Below the pieces are notes generated by a model that saw only the letters and a program-made list of their open reading frames with translations, had not been told where the DNA came from and did not search any database. The position numbers were made by a program, and so were the translations under genes. Below are positions 12,801 to 26,200 of a stretch of 64,000 nucleotides of DNA, piece after piece (within the stretch, counting starts at the first letter, position 1; the number at the start of each line of letters is the position of its first letter). The DNA is from Eledone cirrhosa (lineage: Eukaryota), in NCBI GenBank assembly GCA_964016885.1, contig OZ024740.1, forward strand, positions 22,692,001 to 22,756,000, written 5' to 3'.

Positions 12801-15038
12801 GGTAAATGTAGAGTATAGATGGTCACCTGCAGTGTATAGGTGGTAGATGTAGAGTATAGACGGTCAACTGCAGTGTATAGGTGGTAGATGTAGTGTATAG
12901 ACGGTCAACTACAGTGTATAGGTGGTAGATGTAGTGTATAGACGATCAACTACAGTGTATAGGTGGTAGATGTAGAGTATAGACGGTAAATTGCAGTGTA
13001 TAGGCGGTAGATTTAGAGTATAGACGGTCAACAACAGTGTATAGATGGTAGATGTAGTGTATAGACGGTCAACTGCAGTGTATAGGCGGTAGATGTGGAG
13101 TATAGACGGTCAACTACAGTGTATAGGTGGTAGATGTAGAGTATAGACGGTCAACTACAGTGTATAGGTTGTAAATGTAGAGTATAGACGGTCAACTGCA
13201 GTGTATAGGTGGTAGATGTAGAGTATAGACGGTCTCCTGCAGTGTATAGGTGGTAGATGTAGAGTATAGACTGTCAACTACAGTGTATAGGTGGTAGATG
13301 TAGTGTATAGACTGACAACTACAGTGTATAGGTGGTAGATGTAGTGTATAGACGGTCAACTGCAGTGTATAGGCGGTAGATGTAGAGTATAGACGGTCAA
13401 CTACAGTGTATAGTTGGTAGATGTAGAGTATAGACGGTCTCCTGAAGTGTATAGGTGGTAGATATAGAGTATAGACGGTCAACTACAGTGTATAGGTGGT
13501 AGATGTAGAGTATAGACGGTCAACTACAGTGTATAGGTGGTAGATGTAGAGTATAGACGGTCACCTGCAGTGTATAGGTGGTAGATGTAGAGTATAGACG
13601 GTCAACTACAGTGTATAGGTGGTAGATGTAGAGTATAGACGGTCTCCTGCAGTGTATAGGTGGTAGATGTAGAGTATAGACGGTCAACTACAGTGTATAG
13701 GTGGTAGATGTAGAGTATAGACGGTCACCTGCAGTGTATAGGTGGTAGATGTAGAATATAGACGGTCAACTACAGTGTATAGGTGGTAGATGTAGAGTAT
13801 AGACGGTCTCCTGCAGTGTATAGGTGGTAGATGTAGACTATAGACGGTCAACTACAGTGTATAGACGGTCAACTGCAGTGTATAGGTGGTAGATGTAGAG
13901 TATAGACGGTCAACTACAGTGTATAGGTGGTAGATGTAGAGTATAGACGGTCAACTCCAGTGTATAGGTGGTAGATGTAGAGTATAGACGGTCACCTGCA
14001 GTGTATAGGTGGTAGATGTAGAGTATAGACGGTCAACTACAGTGTATAGGTGGTAGATGTAGAGTATAGACGGTCACCTGCAGTGTATAGTTGGTAGATG
14101 TAGAGTATAGATGGTCATCTGCAGTGTATAGGTGGTAGATGTAGAGAATAGACGGTCACCTGCAGTGTATAGGTGGTAGATGTAGAGTATAGACGGTCAG
14201 CTGCAGTGTATAGGTGGTAGATGTAGAGTATAGATAGTCATCTGCAGAGTATAGGTGGTAGATGTAGAGTATAGACGGTCACCTGCAGTGTATAGGTGGT
14301 AGATATAGAGTATAGACGGTCACCTGCAGTGTATAGGTGGTACATGTAGAATATAGATGGTCACCTGCAGTGTATAGGTGGTATATGTAGTGTATAGACG
14401 GTCAACTGCAGTGTATAGGTGGTAGATGTAGAGTATAGACGGTCAACTACAGTGTATAGGTGGTAGATGTAGAGTATAGACGGTAAATTGCAGTGTATAG
14501 GTGGTAGATGTAGTGTATAGACGGTCAACTACAGTGTATAGGTGGTAGATGTAGAGTATAGATGGTCACCTGCAGTGTATAGGTGGTAGATGTAGTGTAT
14601 AGACGGTCAACTGCATTGTATAGGTGGTAGATGTAGAGTATAGACGGTCAACTACAGTGTATAGGTGGTAGATGTAGAGTATAGACGGTAAATTGCAGTG
14701 TATAGGTGGTAGATGTAGTGTATAGACGGTCAACTACAGTGTATAGGTGGTAGATGTAGAGTATAGATGGTCACCTGCAGTGTATAGGTGGTAGATGTAG
14801 AGTATAGACGGTCAACTGCAGTGTATAGGTGGAAGATGTAGTGTATAGACGGTTAACTACAGTGTATAGGTGGTAGATGTAGAGTATAGATGGTTACCTG
14901 CAGTGTATAGGTGGTAGATGTAGAGTATAGACGGTCAACTGCAGTGTATAGGTGGTAGCTGTAGTGTATAGACGGTCAACTACAGTGTACAGGTGGTAGA
15001 TGTAGTGTATAGACGGTCAACTGCAGTGTATAGGTGGC

Positions 15039-18000
15039 AGATGTAGAGTATAGACGGTAAATTGCAGTGTATAGGTCGTAGATGTAGTGTATAGACGGTC
15101 AACTACAGTGTATAGGTGGTAGATGTAGAGTATAGATGGTCACCTGCAGTGTATAGGTGGTAGATGTAGAGTATAGACGGTCAACTGCAGTGTATAGGTG
15201 GTAGATGTAGTGTATAGACGGTCAACTACAGTGTATAGGTGCTAGATGTAGTGTATAGACGATCAACTACAGTGTATAGGTGGTAGATGTAGAGTATAGT
15301 CGGTAAATTGCAGTGTATAGGCGGTAGATTTAGAGTATAGACGGTCAACAACAGTGTATAGATGGTAGATGTAGTGTATAGACGGTCAACTGCAGTGTAT
15401 AGGCGGTAGATGTGGAGTATAGACGGTCAACTACAGTGTATAGGTGGTAGATGTAGAGTATAGACGGTCAACTACAGTGTATAGGTTGTAAATGTAGAGT
15501 ATAGACGGTCAACTGCAGTGTATAGGTGGTAGATGTAGAGTATAGACGGTCTCCTGAAGTGTATAGGTGGTAGATGTAGAGTATAGACTGTCAACTACAG
15601 TGTATAGGTGGTAGATGTAGAGTATAGACTGTCAACTACAGTGTATAGGTGGTAGATGTAGTGTATAGACGGTCAACTGCAGTGTATAGGCGGTAGATGT
15701 AGAGTATAGACGGTCAACTACAGTGTATAGTTGGTAGATGTAGAGTATAGACGGTCTCCTGAAGTGTATAGGTGGTAGATGTAGAGTATAGACGGTCAAC
15801 TACAGTGTATAGGTGGTAGATGTAGAGTATAGACTGTCAACTACAATGTACAGGTGGTAGATGTAGAGTATAGACGGTCAACTACAGTGTATAGGCGGTA
15901 GATGTAGAGTATAGAGGGTCAACTACAGTGTATAGGTGGTAGATGTGGAGTATAGACGGTCAACTACAGTCTATAGGTGGTAGATGTACTGTATAGACGG
16001 TAAATATCAGTGTATAGGCGGTAGATGTAGAGTATAGACGGTAAATTGCAGTGTATAGGTGGTAGATGTAGAGTATAGACGGTCAACTACAGTGTATAGG
16101 TGGTAGATGTAGAGTATAGACGGTCACCTGCAGTGTATAGTTGGTAGATGTAGAGTATAGATGGTCATCTGCAGTGTATAGGTGGTAGATGTAGAGTATA
16201 GACGGTCACCTGCAGTGTATAGGTGGTAGATGTAGAGTATAGACGGTCAACTGCAGTGTATAGGTGGTAGATGTAGAGTATAGATAGTCATCTGCAGAGT
16301 ATAGGTGGTAGATGTAGAGTATAGACGGTCACCTGCAGTGTATAGGTGGTAGATATAGAGTATAGACGGTCACCTGCAGTGTATAGGTGGTACATGTAGA
16401 ATATAGATGGTCACCTGCAGTGTATAGGTGGTAGATGTAGTGTATAGACGGTCAACTGCAGTGTATAGGTGGTAGATGTAGAGTATAGACGGTCAACTAC
16501 AGTGTATAGGTGGTAGATGTAGAGTATAGACGGTAAATTGCAGTGTATAGGTGGTAGATGTAGTGTATAGACGGTCAACTACAGTGTATAGGTGGTAGAT
16601 GTAGAGTATAGATGGTCACCTGCAGTGTATAGGTGGTAGATGTAGTGTATAGACGGTCAACTGCATTGTATAGGTGGTAGATGTAGAGTATAGACGGTCA
16701 ACTACAGTGTATAGGTGGTAGATGTAGAGTATAGACGGTAAATTGCAGTGTATAGGTGGTAGATGTAGTGTATAGACGGTCAACTACAGTGTATAGGTGG
16801 TAGATGTAGAGTATAGATGGTCACCTGCAGTGTATAGGTGGTAGATGTAGAGTATAGACGGTCAACTGCAGTGTATAGGTGGAAGATGTAGTGTATAGAC
16901 GGTTAACTACAGTGTATAGGTGGTAGATGTAGAGTATAGATGGTCACCTGCAGTGTATTGGTGGTAGATGTAGAGTATAGACGGTCAACTGCAGTGTATA
17001 GGTGGTAGCTGTAGTGTATAGACGGTCAACTACAGTGTACAGGTGGTAGATGTAGTGTATAGACGGTCAACTGCAGTGTATAGGTGGCAGATGTAGAGTA
17101 TAGACGGTAAATTGCAGTGTATAGGTCGTAGATGTAGTGTATAGACGGTCAACTACAGTGTATAGGTGGTAGATGTAGAGTATAGATGGTCACCTGCAGT
17201 GTATAGGTGGTAGATGTAGAGTATAGACGGTCAACTGCAGTGTATAGGTGGTAGATGTAGTGTATAGACGGTCAACTACAGTGTATAGGTGGTAGATGTA
17301 GTGTATAGACGATCAACTACAGTGTATAGGTGGTAGATGTAGAGTATAGACGGTAAATTGCAGTGTATAGGCGGTAGATTTAGAGTATAGACGGTCAACA
17401 ACAGTGTATAGATGGTAGATGTAGTGTATAGACGGTCAACTGCAGTGTATAGGCGGTAGATGTGGAGTATAGACGGTCAACTACAGTGTATAGGTGGTAG
17501 ATGTAGAGTATAGACGGTCAACTACAGTGTATAGGTTGTAAATGTAGAGTATAGACGGTCAACTGCAGTGTATAGGTGGTAGATGTAGAGTATAGACGGT
17601 CTCCTGCAGTGTATAGGTGGTAGATGTAGAGTATAGACTGTCAACTACAGTGTATAGGTGGTAGATGTAGAGTATAGACTGTCAACTACAGTGTATAGGT
17701 GGTAGATGTAGTGTATAGACGGTCAACTGCAGTGTATAGGCGGTAGATGTAGAGTATAGACGGTCAACTACAGTGTATAGTTGGTAGATGTAGAGTATAG
17801 ACGGTCTCCTGAAGTGTATAGGTGGTAGATGTAGAGTATAGACGGTCAACTACAGTGTATAGGTGGTAGATGTAGAGTATAGACGGTCAACTACAGTGTA
17901 TAGGTGGTAGATGTAGAGTATAGACGGTCAACTGCAGTGTATAGGTGGTAGATGTAGAGTATAGACGGTCAACTACAGTGTATAGGTGGTAGATGTAGAG

Positions 18001-21000
18001 TATAGACGGTCTCCTGCAGTGTATAGGTGGTAGATGTAGAGTATAGACGGTCAACTACAGTGTATAGGTGGTAGATGTAGAGTATAGACGGTCACCTGCA
18101 GTGTATAGGTGGTAGATGTAGAGTATAGACGGTCAACTACAGTGTATAGGTGGTAGATGTAGAGTATAGACGGTCTCCTGCAGTGTATAGGTGGTAGATG
18201 TAGACTATAGACGGTCAACTACAGTGTATAGACGGTCAACTGCAGTGTATAGGTGGTAGATGTAGAGTATAGACGGTCAACTACAGTGTATAGGTGGTAG
18301 ATGTAGAGTATAGACGGTCAACTCCAGTATATAGGTGGTAGATGTAGAGTATAGACGGTCACCTGCAGTGTATAGGTGGTAGATGTAGAGTATAGACGGT
18401 CAACTACAGTGTATAGGTGTTAGATGTAGAGTATAGACGGTCAGCTACAGTGTATAGGTGGTAGATGTAGAGTATAGACGGTCACCTGCAGTGTATAGGT
18501 GGTAGATGTAGAGTATAGACGGTCAACTGCAGTGTATAGGTGGTAGATGTAGTGTATAGACGGTCAACTACAGTGTATAGGTGGTAGATGTAGAATATAG
18601 ACGGTCTCCTGCAGTGTATAGGTGGTAGATGTAGAGTATAGACGGTCAACTACAGTGTATAGGTGGTAGATGTAGTGTATAGACGGTCAACTGCCGTGTA
18701 TAGGTGGTAGACGTAGAGTATAGACGGTCAACTACAGTGTATAGGTGGCAGATGTAGAGTATAGACGGTCACCTGCAGTGTATAGGTGGTAGATGTAGAG
18801 TATAGACGGTCAACTACAGTGTATAGGTGGTAGATGTAGAGTATAGACGGTCACCTGCAGTGTATAGGTGGTAGATGTAGAGTATTGACGGTCAACTACA
18901 GTGTATAGGTGGTAGATGTAGAGTATAGACGGTCACCTGCATTGTATAGGTGGTAGATGTAGTGTATAGACGGTCAACTACAGTGTATAGGTGGTAGATG
19001 TAGTGTATAGACGGTCAACTGCAGTGTATAGGTGGTAGATGTAGAGTATAGACGGTCAACTACAGTGTATAGGTGGTAGATGTAGAGTATAGACGGTCAC
19101 CTGCAGTGTATAGGTGGTAGATGTAGAGTATAGACGGTAAATTGCAGTGTATAGGTCGTAGATGTAGTGTATAGACGGTCAACTACAGTGTATAGGTGGT
19201 AGATGTAGAGTATAGATGGTCACCTGCAGTGTATAGGTGGTAGATGTAGAGTATAGACGGTCAACTGCAGTGTATAGGTGGTAGATGTAGTGTATAGACG
19301 GTCAACTACAGTGTATAGGTGCTAGATGTAGTGTATAGACGATCAACTACAGTGTATAGGTGGTAGATGTAGAGTATAGTCGGTAAATTGCAGTGTATAG
19401 GCGGTAGATTTAGAGTATAGACGGTCAACAACAGTGTATAGATGGTAGATGTAGTGTATAGACGGTCAACTGCAGTGTATAGGCGGTAGATGTGGAGTAT
19501 AGACGGTCAACTACAGTGTATAGGTGGTAGATGTAGAGTATAGACGGTCAACTACAGTGTATAGGTTGTAAATGTAGAGTATAGACGGTCAACTGCAGTG
19601 TATAGGTGGTAGATGTAGAGTATAGACGGTCTCCTGAAGTGTATAGGTGGTAGATGTAGAGTATAGACTGTCAACTACAGTGTATAGGTGGTAGATGTAG
19701 AGTATAGACTGTCAACTACAGTGTATAGGTGGTAGATGTAGTGTATAGACGGTCAACTGCAGTGTATAGGCGGTAGATGTAGAGTATAGACGGTCAACTA
19801 CAGTGTATAGTTGGTAGATGTAGAGTATAGACGGTCTCCTGAAGTGTATAGGTGGTAGATGTAGAGTATAGACGGTCAACTACAGTGTATAGGTGGTAGA
19901 TGTAGAGTATAGACTGTCAACTACAATGTACAGGTGGTAGATGTAGAGTATAGACGGTCAACTACAGTGTATAGGCGGTAGATGTAGAGTATAGAGGGTC
20001 AACTACAGTGTATAGGTGGTAGATGTGGAGTATAGACGGTCAACTACAGTCTATAGGTGGTAGATGTACTGTATAGACGGTAAATATCAGTGTATAGGCG
20101 GTAGATGTAGAGTATAGACGGTAAATTGCAGTGTATAGGTGGTAGATGTAGAGTATAGACGGTCAACTACAGTGTATAGGTGGTAGATGTAGAGTATAGA
20201 CGGTCACCTGCAGTGTATAGTTGGTAGATGTAGAGTATAGATGGTCATCTGCAGTGTATAGGTGGTAGATGTAGAGTATAGACGGTCACCTGCAGTGTAT
20301 AGGTGGTAGATGTAGAGTATAGACGGTCAACTGCAGTGTATAGGTGGTAGATGTAGAGTATAGATAGTCATCTGCAGAGTATAGGTGGTAGATGTAGAGT
20401 ATAGACGGTCACCTGCAGTGTATAGGTGGTAGATATAGAGTATAGACGGTCACCTGCAGTGTATAGGTGGTACATGTAGAATATAGATGGTCACCTGCAG
20501 TGTATAGGTGGTAGATGTAGTGTATAGACGGTCAACTGCAGTGTATAGGTGGTAGATGTAGAGTATAGACGGTCAACTACAGTGTATAGGTGGTAGATGT
20601 AGAGTATAGACGGTAAATTGCAGTGTATAGGTGGTAGATGTAGTGTATAGACGGTCAACTACAGTGTATAGGTGGTAGATGTAGAGTATAGATGGTCACC
20701 TGCAGTGTATAGGTGGTAGATGTAGTGTATAGACGGTCAACTGCATTGTATAGGTGGTAGATGTAGAGTATAGACGGTCAACTACAGTGTATAGGTGGTA
20801 GATGTAGAGTATAGACGGTAAATTGCAGTGTATAGGTGGTAGATGTAGTGTATAGACGGTCAACTACAGTGTATAGGTGGTAGATGTAGAGTATAGATGG
20901 TCACCTGCAGTGTATAGGTGGTAGATGTAGAGTATAGACGGTCAACTGCAGTGTATAGGTGGAAGATGTAGTGTATAGACGGTTAACTACAGTGTATAGG

Positions 21001-23218
21001 TGGTAGATGTAGAGTATAGATGGTCACCTGCAGTGTATTGGTGGTAGATGTAGAGTATAGACGGTCAACTGCAGTGTATAAGTGGTAGCTGTAGTGTATA
21101 GACGGTCAACTACAGTGTACAGGTGGTAGATGTAGTGTATAGACGGTCAACTGCAGTGTATAGGTGGCAGATGTAGAGTATAGACGGTAAATTGCAGTGT
21201 ATAGGTCGTAGATGTAGTGTATAGACGGTCAACTACAGTGTATAGGTGGTAGATGTAGAGTATAGATGGTCACCTGCAGTGTATAGGTGGTAGATGTAGA
21301 GTATAGACGGTCAACTGCAGTGTATAGGTGGTAGATGTAGTGTATAGACGGTCAACTACAGTGTATAGGTGGTAGATGTAGTGTATAGACGATCAACTAC
21401 AGTGTATAGGTGGTAGATGTAGAGTATAGACGGTAAATTGCAGTGTATAGGCGGTAGATTTAGAGTATAGACGGTCAACAACAGTGTATAGATGGTAGAT
21501 GTAGTGTATAGACGGTCAACTGCAGTGTATAGGCGGTAGATGTGGAGTATAGACGGTCAACTACAGTGTATAGGTGGTAGATGTAGAGTATAGACGGTCA
21601 ACTACAGTGTATAGGTTGTAAATGTAGAGTATAGACGGTCAACTGCAGTGTATAGGTGGTAGATGTAGAGTATAGACGGTCTCCTGCAGTGTATAGGTGG
21701 TAGATGTAGAGTATAGACTGTCAACTACAGTGTATAGGTGGTAGATGTAGAGTATAGACTGTCAACTACAGTGTATAGGTGGTAGATGTAGTGTATAGAC
21801 GGTCAACTGCAGTGTATAGGCGGTAGATGTAGAGTATAGACGGTCAACTACAGTGTATAGTTGGTAGATGTAGTGTATAGACGGTCTCCTGAAGTGTATA
21901 GGTGGTAGATGTAGAGTATAGACGGTCAACTACAGTGTATAGGTGGTAGATGTAGAGTATAGACGGTCAACTACAGTGTATAGGTGGTAGATGTAGAGTA
22001 TAGACGGTCAACTGCAGTGTATAGGTGGTAGATGTAGAGTATAGACGGTCAACTACAGTGTATAGGTGGTAGATGTAGAGTATAGACGGTCTCCTGCAGT
22101 GTATAGGTGGTAGATGTAGAGTATAGACGGTCAACTACAGTGTATAGGTGGTAGATGTAGAGTATAGACGGTCACCTGCAGTGTATAGGTGGTAGATGTA
22201 GAGTATAGACGGTCAACTACAGTGTATAGGTGGTAGATGTAGAGTATAGACGGTCTCCTGCAGTGTATAGGTGGTAGATGTAGACTATAGACGGTCAACT
22301 ACAGTGTATAGACGGTCAACTGCAGTGTATAGGTGGTAGATGTAGAGTATAGACGGTCAACTACAGTGTATAGGTGGTAGATGTAGAGTATAGACGGTCA
22401 ACTCCAGTATATAGGTGGTAGATGTAGAGTATAGACGGTCACCTGCAGTGTATAGGTGGTAGATGTAGAGTATAGACGGTCAACTACAGTGTATAGGTGT
22501 TAGATGTAGAGTATAGACGGTCAGCTACAGTGTATAGGTGGTAGATGTAGAGTATAGACGGTCACCTGCAGTGTATAGGTGGTAGATGTAGAGTATAGAC
22601 GGTCAACTGCAGTGTATAGGTGGTAGATGTAGTGTATAGACGGTCAACTACAGTGTATAGGTGGTAGATGTAGAATATAGACGGTCTCCTGCAGTGTATA
22701 GGTGGTAGATGTAGAGTATAGACGGTCAACTACAGTGTATAGGTGGTAGATGTAGTGTATAGACGGTCAACTGCCGTGTATAGGTGGTAGACGTAGAGTA
22801 TAGACGGTCAACTACAGTGTATAGGTGGCAGATGTAGAGTATAGACGGTCACCTGCAGTGTATAGGTGGTAGATGTAGAGTATAGACGGTCAACTACAGT
22901 GTATAGGTGGTAGATGTAGAGTATAGACGGTCACCTGCAGTGTATAGGTGGTAGATGTAGAGTATTGACGGTCAACTACAGTGTATAGGTGGTAGATGTA
23001 GAGTATAGACGGTCACCTGCATTGTATAGGTGGTAGATGTAGTGTATAGACGGTCAACTACAGTGTATAGGTGGTAGATGTAGTGTATAGACGGTCAACT
23101 GCAGTGTATAGGTGGTAGATGTAGAGTATAGACGGTCAACTACAGTGTATAGGTGGTAGATGTAGAGTATAGACGGTCACCTGCAGTGTATAGGTGGTAG
23201 ATGTAGAGTATAGACGGT
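15039..23218. repeat. Higher-order tandem duplication, period 4080 bp (100 monomers minus one 20-bp deletion)
   Basis: Lines 15061-19081 match lines 19141-23161. An example is the private GCTAGATG variant at 15241/19321. I noticed only two differences by eye (17001/21081 and 17794/21874). Confidence 0.92.
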
Positions 23219-26200
23219 CAACTACAGTGTATAGGTGGTAGATGTAGAGTATAGACGGTCTCCTGCAGTGTATAGGTGGTAGACGTAGAGTATAGACGGT
23301 CAACTACAGTGTATAGGTGGTAGATGTAGTGTATAGACGGTCAACTGCAGTGTATAGGTGGTAGATGTAGAGTATAGACGGTCAACTACAGTTTATAGGT
23401 GGTAGATGTAGAGTATAGACGGTCACCTGCAGTGTATAGGTGGTAGATGTAGAGTATAGACGGTCAACTACAGTGTATAGGTGGTAGATGTAGTGTATAG
23501 ACGGTCACCTGCAGTGTATAGGTGGTAGATGTAGAGTATAGACGGTCAACTACAGTGTATAGGTGGTAGATGTAGAGTATAGACGGTCACCTGCAGTGTA
23601 TAGGTGGTAGATGTAGAGTATAGACGGTCAACTACAGTGTATAGGTGTTAGATGTAGAGTATAGACAGTCAACTACAGTGTATAGGTGGTAGATGTAGAG
23701 TATAGACGGTCACCTGCAGTGTATAGGTGGTAGATGTAGAGTATAGACGGTCAACTGCAGTGTATAGGTGGTACATGTAGTGTATAGACGGTCACCCGCA
23801 GTGTATAGTTGGTAGATGTAGAGTATAGACGCTCACCTGCAGTGTATAGGTGGTAGATGTAGAGTATAGACGGTCTCCTGCAGTGTATACGTGGTAGATG
23901 TAGAGTATAGATGGTCAACTACAGTGTATAGGTGGTAGATGTGGAGTATAGACGGTCAACTACAGTCTATAGGTGGTAGATGTACTGTATAGACGGTAAA
24001 TATCAGTGTATAGGCGGTAGATGTAGAGTATAGACGGTAAATTGCAGTGTATAGGTGGTAGATGTAGAGTATAGACGGTCAACTACAGTGTATAGGTGGT
24101 AGATGTAGAGTATAGACGGTCACCTGCAGTGTATAGTTGGTAGATGTAGAGTATAGATGGTCATCTGCAGTGTATAGGTGGTAGATGTAGAGTATAGACG
24201 GTCACCTGCAGTGTATAGGTGGTAGATGTAGAGTATAGACGGTCAACTGCAGTGTATAGGTGGTAGATGTAGAGTATAGATAGTCATCTGCAGAGTATAG
24301 GTGGTAGATGTAGAGTATAGACGGTCACCTGCAGTGTATAGGTGGTAGATATAGAGTATAGACGGTTACCTGCAGTGTATTGGTGGTACATGTAGAATAT
24401 AGATGGTCACCTGCAGTGTATAGGTGGTAGATGTAGTGTATAGACGGTCAACTGCAGTGTATAGGTGGTAGATGTAGAGTATAGACGGTCAACTACAGTG
24501 TATAGGTGGTAGATGTAGAGTATAGACGGTAAATTGCAGTGTATAGGTGGTAGATGTAGTGTATAGACGGTCAACTACAGTGTATAGGTGGTAGATGTAG
24601 AGTATAGATGGTCACCTGCAGTGTATAGGTGGTAGATGTAGTGTATAGACGGTCAACTGCATTGTATAGGTGGTAGATGTAGAGTATAGACGGTCAACTA
24701 CAGTGTATAGGTGGTAGATGTAGAGTATAGACGGTAAATTGCAGTGTATAGGTGGTAGATGTAGTGTATAGACGGTCAACTACAGTGTATAGGTGGTAGA
24801 TGTAGAGTATAGATGGTCACCTGCAGTGTATAGGTGGTAGATGTAGAGTATAGACGGTCAACTGCAGTGTATAGGTGGAAGATGTAGTGTATAGACGGTT
24901 AACTACAGTGTATAGGTGGTAGATGTAGAGTATAGATGGTTACCTGCAGTGTATAGGTGGTAGATGTAGAGTATAGACGGTCAACTGCAGTGTATAGGTG
25001 GTAGCTGTAGTGTATAGACGGTCAACTACAGTGTACAGGTGGTAGATGTAGTGTATAGACGGTCAACTGCAGTGTATAGGTGGCAGATGTAGAGTATAGA
25101 CGGTAAATTGCAGTGTATAGGTCGTAGATGTAGTGTATAGACGGTCAACTACAGTGTATAGGTGGTAGATGTAGAGTATAGATGGTCACCTGCAGTGTAT
25201 AGGTGGTAGATGTAGAGTATAGACGGTCAACTGCAGTGTATAGGTGGTAGATGTAGTGTATAGACGGTCAACTACAGTGTATAGGTGGTAGATGTAGTGT
25301 ATAGACGATCAACTACAGTGTATAGGTGGTAGATGTAGAGTATAGTCGGTAAATTGCAGTGTATAGGCGGTAGATTTAGAGTATAGACGGTCAACAACAG
25401 TGTATAGATGGTAGATGTAGTGTATAGACGGTCAACTGCAGTGTATAGGCGGTAGATGTGGAGTATAGACGGTCAACTACAGTGTATAGGTGGTAGATGT
25501 AGAGTATAGACGGTCAACTACAGTGTATAGGTTGTAAATGTAGAGTATAGACGGTCAACTGCAGTGTATAGGTGGTAGATGTAGAGTATAGACTGTCAAC
25601 TACAGTGTATAGGTGGTAGATGTAGAGTATAGACTGTCAACTACAGTGTATAGGTGGTAGATGTAGTGTATAGACGGTCAACTGCAGTGTATAGGCGGTA
25701 GATGTAGAGTATAGACGGTCAACTACAGTGTATAGTTGGTAGATGTAGAGTATAGACGGTCTCCTGAAGTGTATAGGTGGTAAATGTAGAGTATAGACGG
25801 TCAACTGCAGTGTATAGGTGGTAGATGTAGAGTATAGATAGTCATCTGCAGAGTATAGGTGGTAGATGTAGAGTATAGATAGTCATCTGCAGAGTATAGG
25901 TGGTAGATGTAGAGTATAGACGGTCAACTACAGTGTATAGGTGGTAGATGTAGAGTATAGACGGTCAACTACAGTGTATAGGTTGTAAATGTAGAGTATA
26001 GACGGTCAACTGCAGTGTATAGGTGGTAGATGTAGAGTATAGACGGTCAACTGCAGTGTATAGGTGGTAGATGTAGAGTATAGATTGTCAACTACAGTGT
26101 ATAGGTGGTAGATGTAGAGCATAGACGGTAAACTGCAGTGTATAGGCGCTAGATGTAAAGTATAGATGGTCACCTGCAGTGTATAGGTGGTAGATGTAGA

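Noticed and set aside
13192-13482. 96-aa minus-strand ORF
   Set aside because: It is a translation of the satellite. It stays open only because variants happen to remove the TGA stop in frame, and it has no ATG start.
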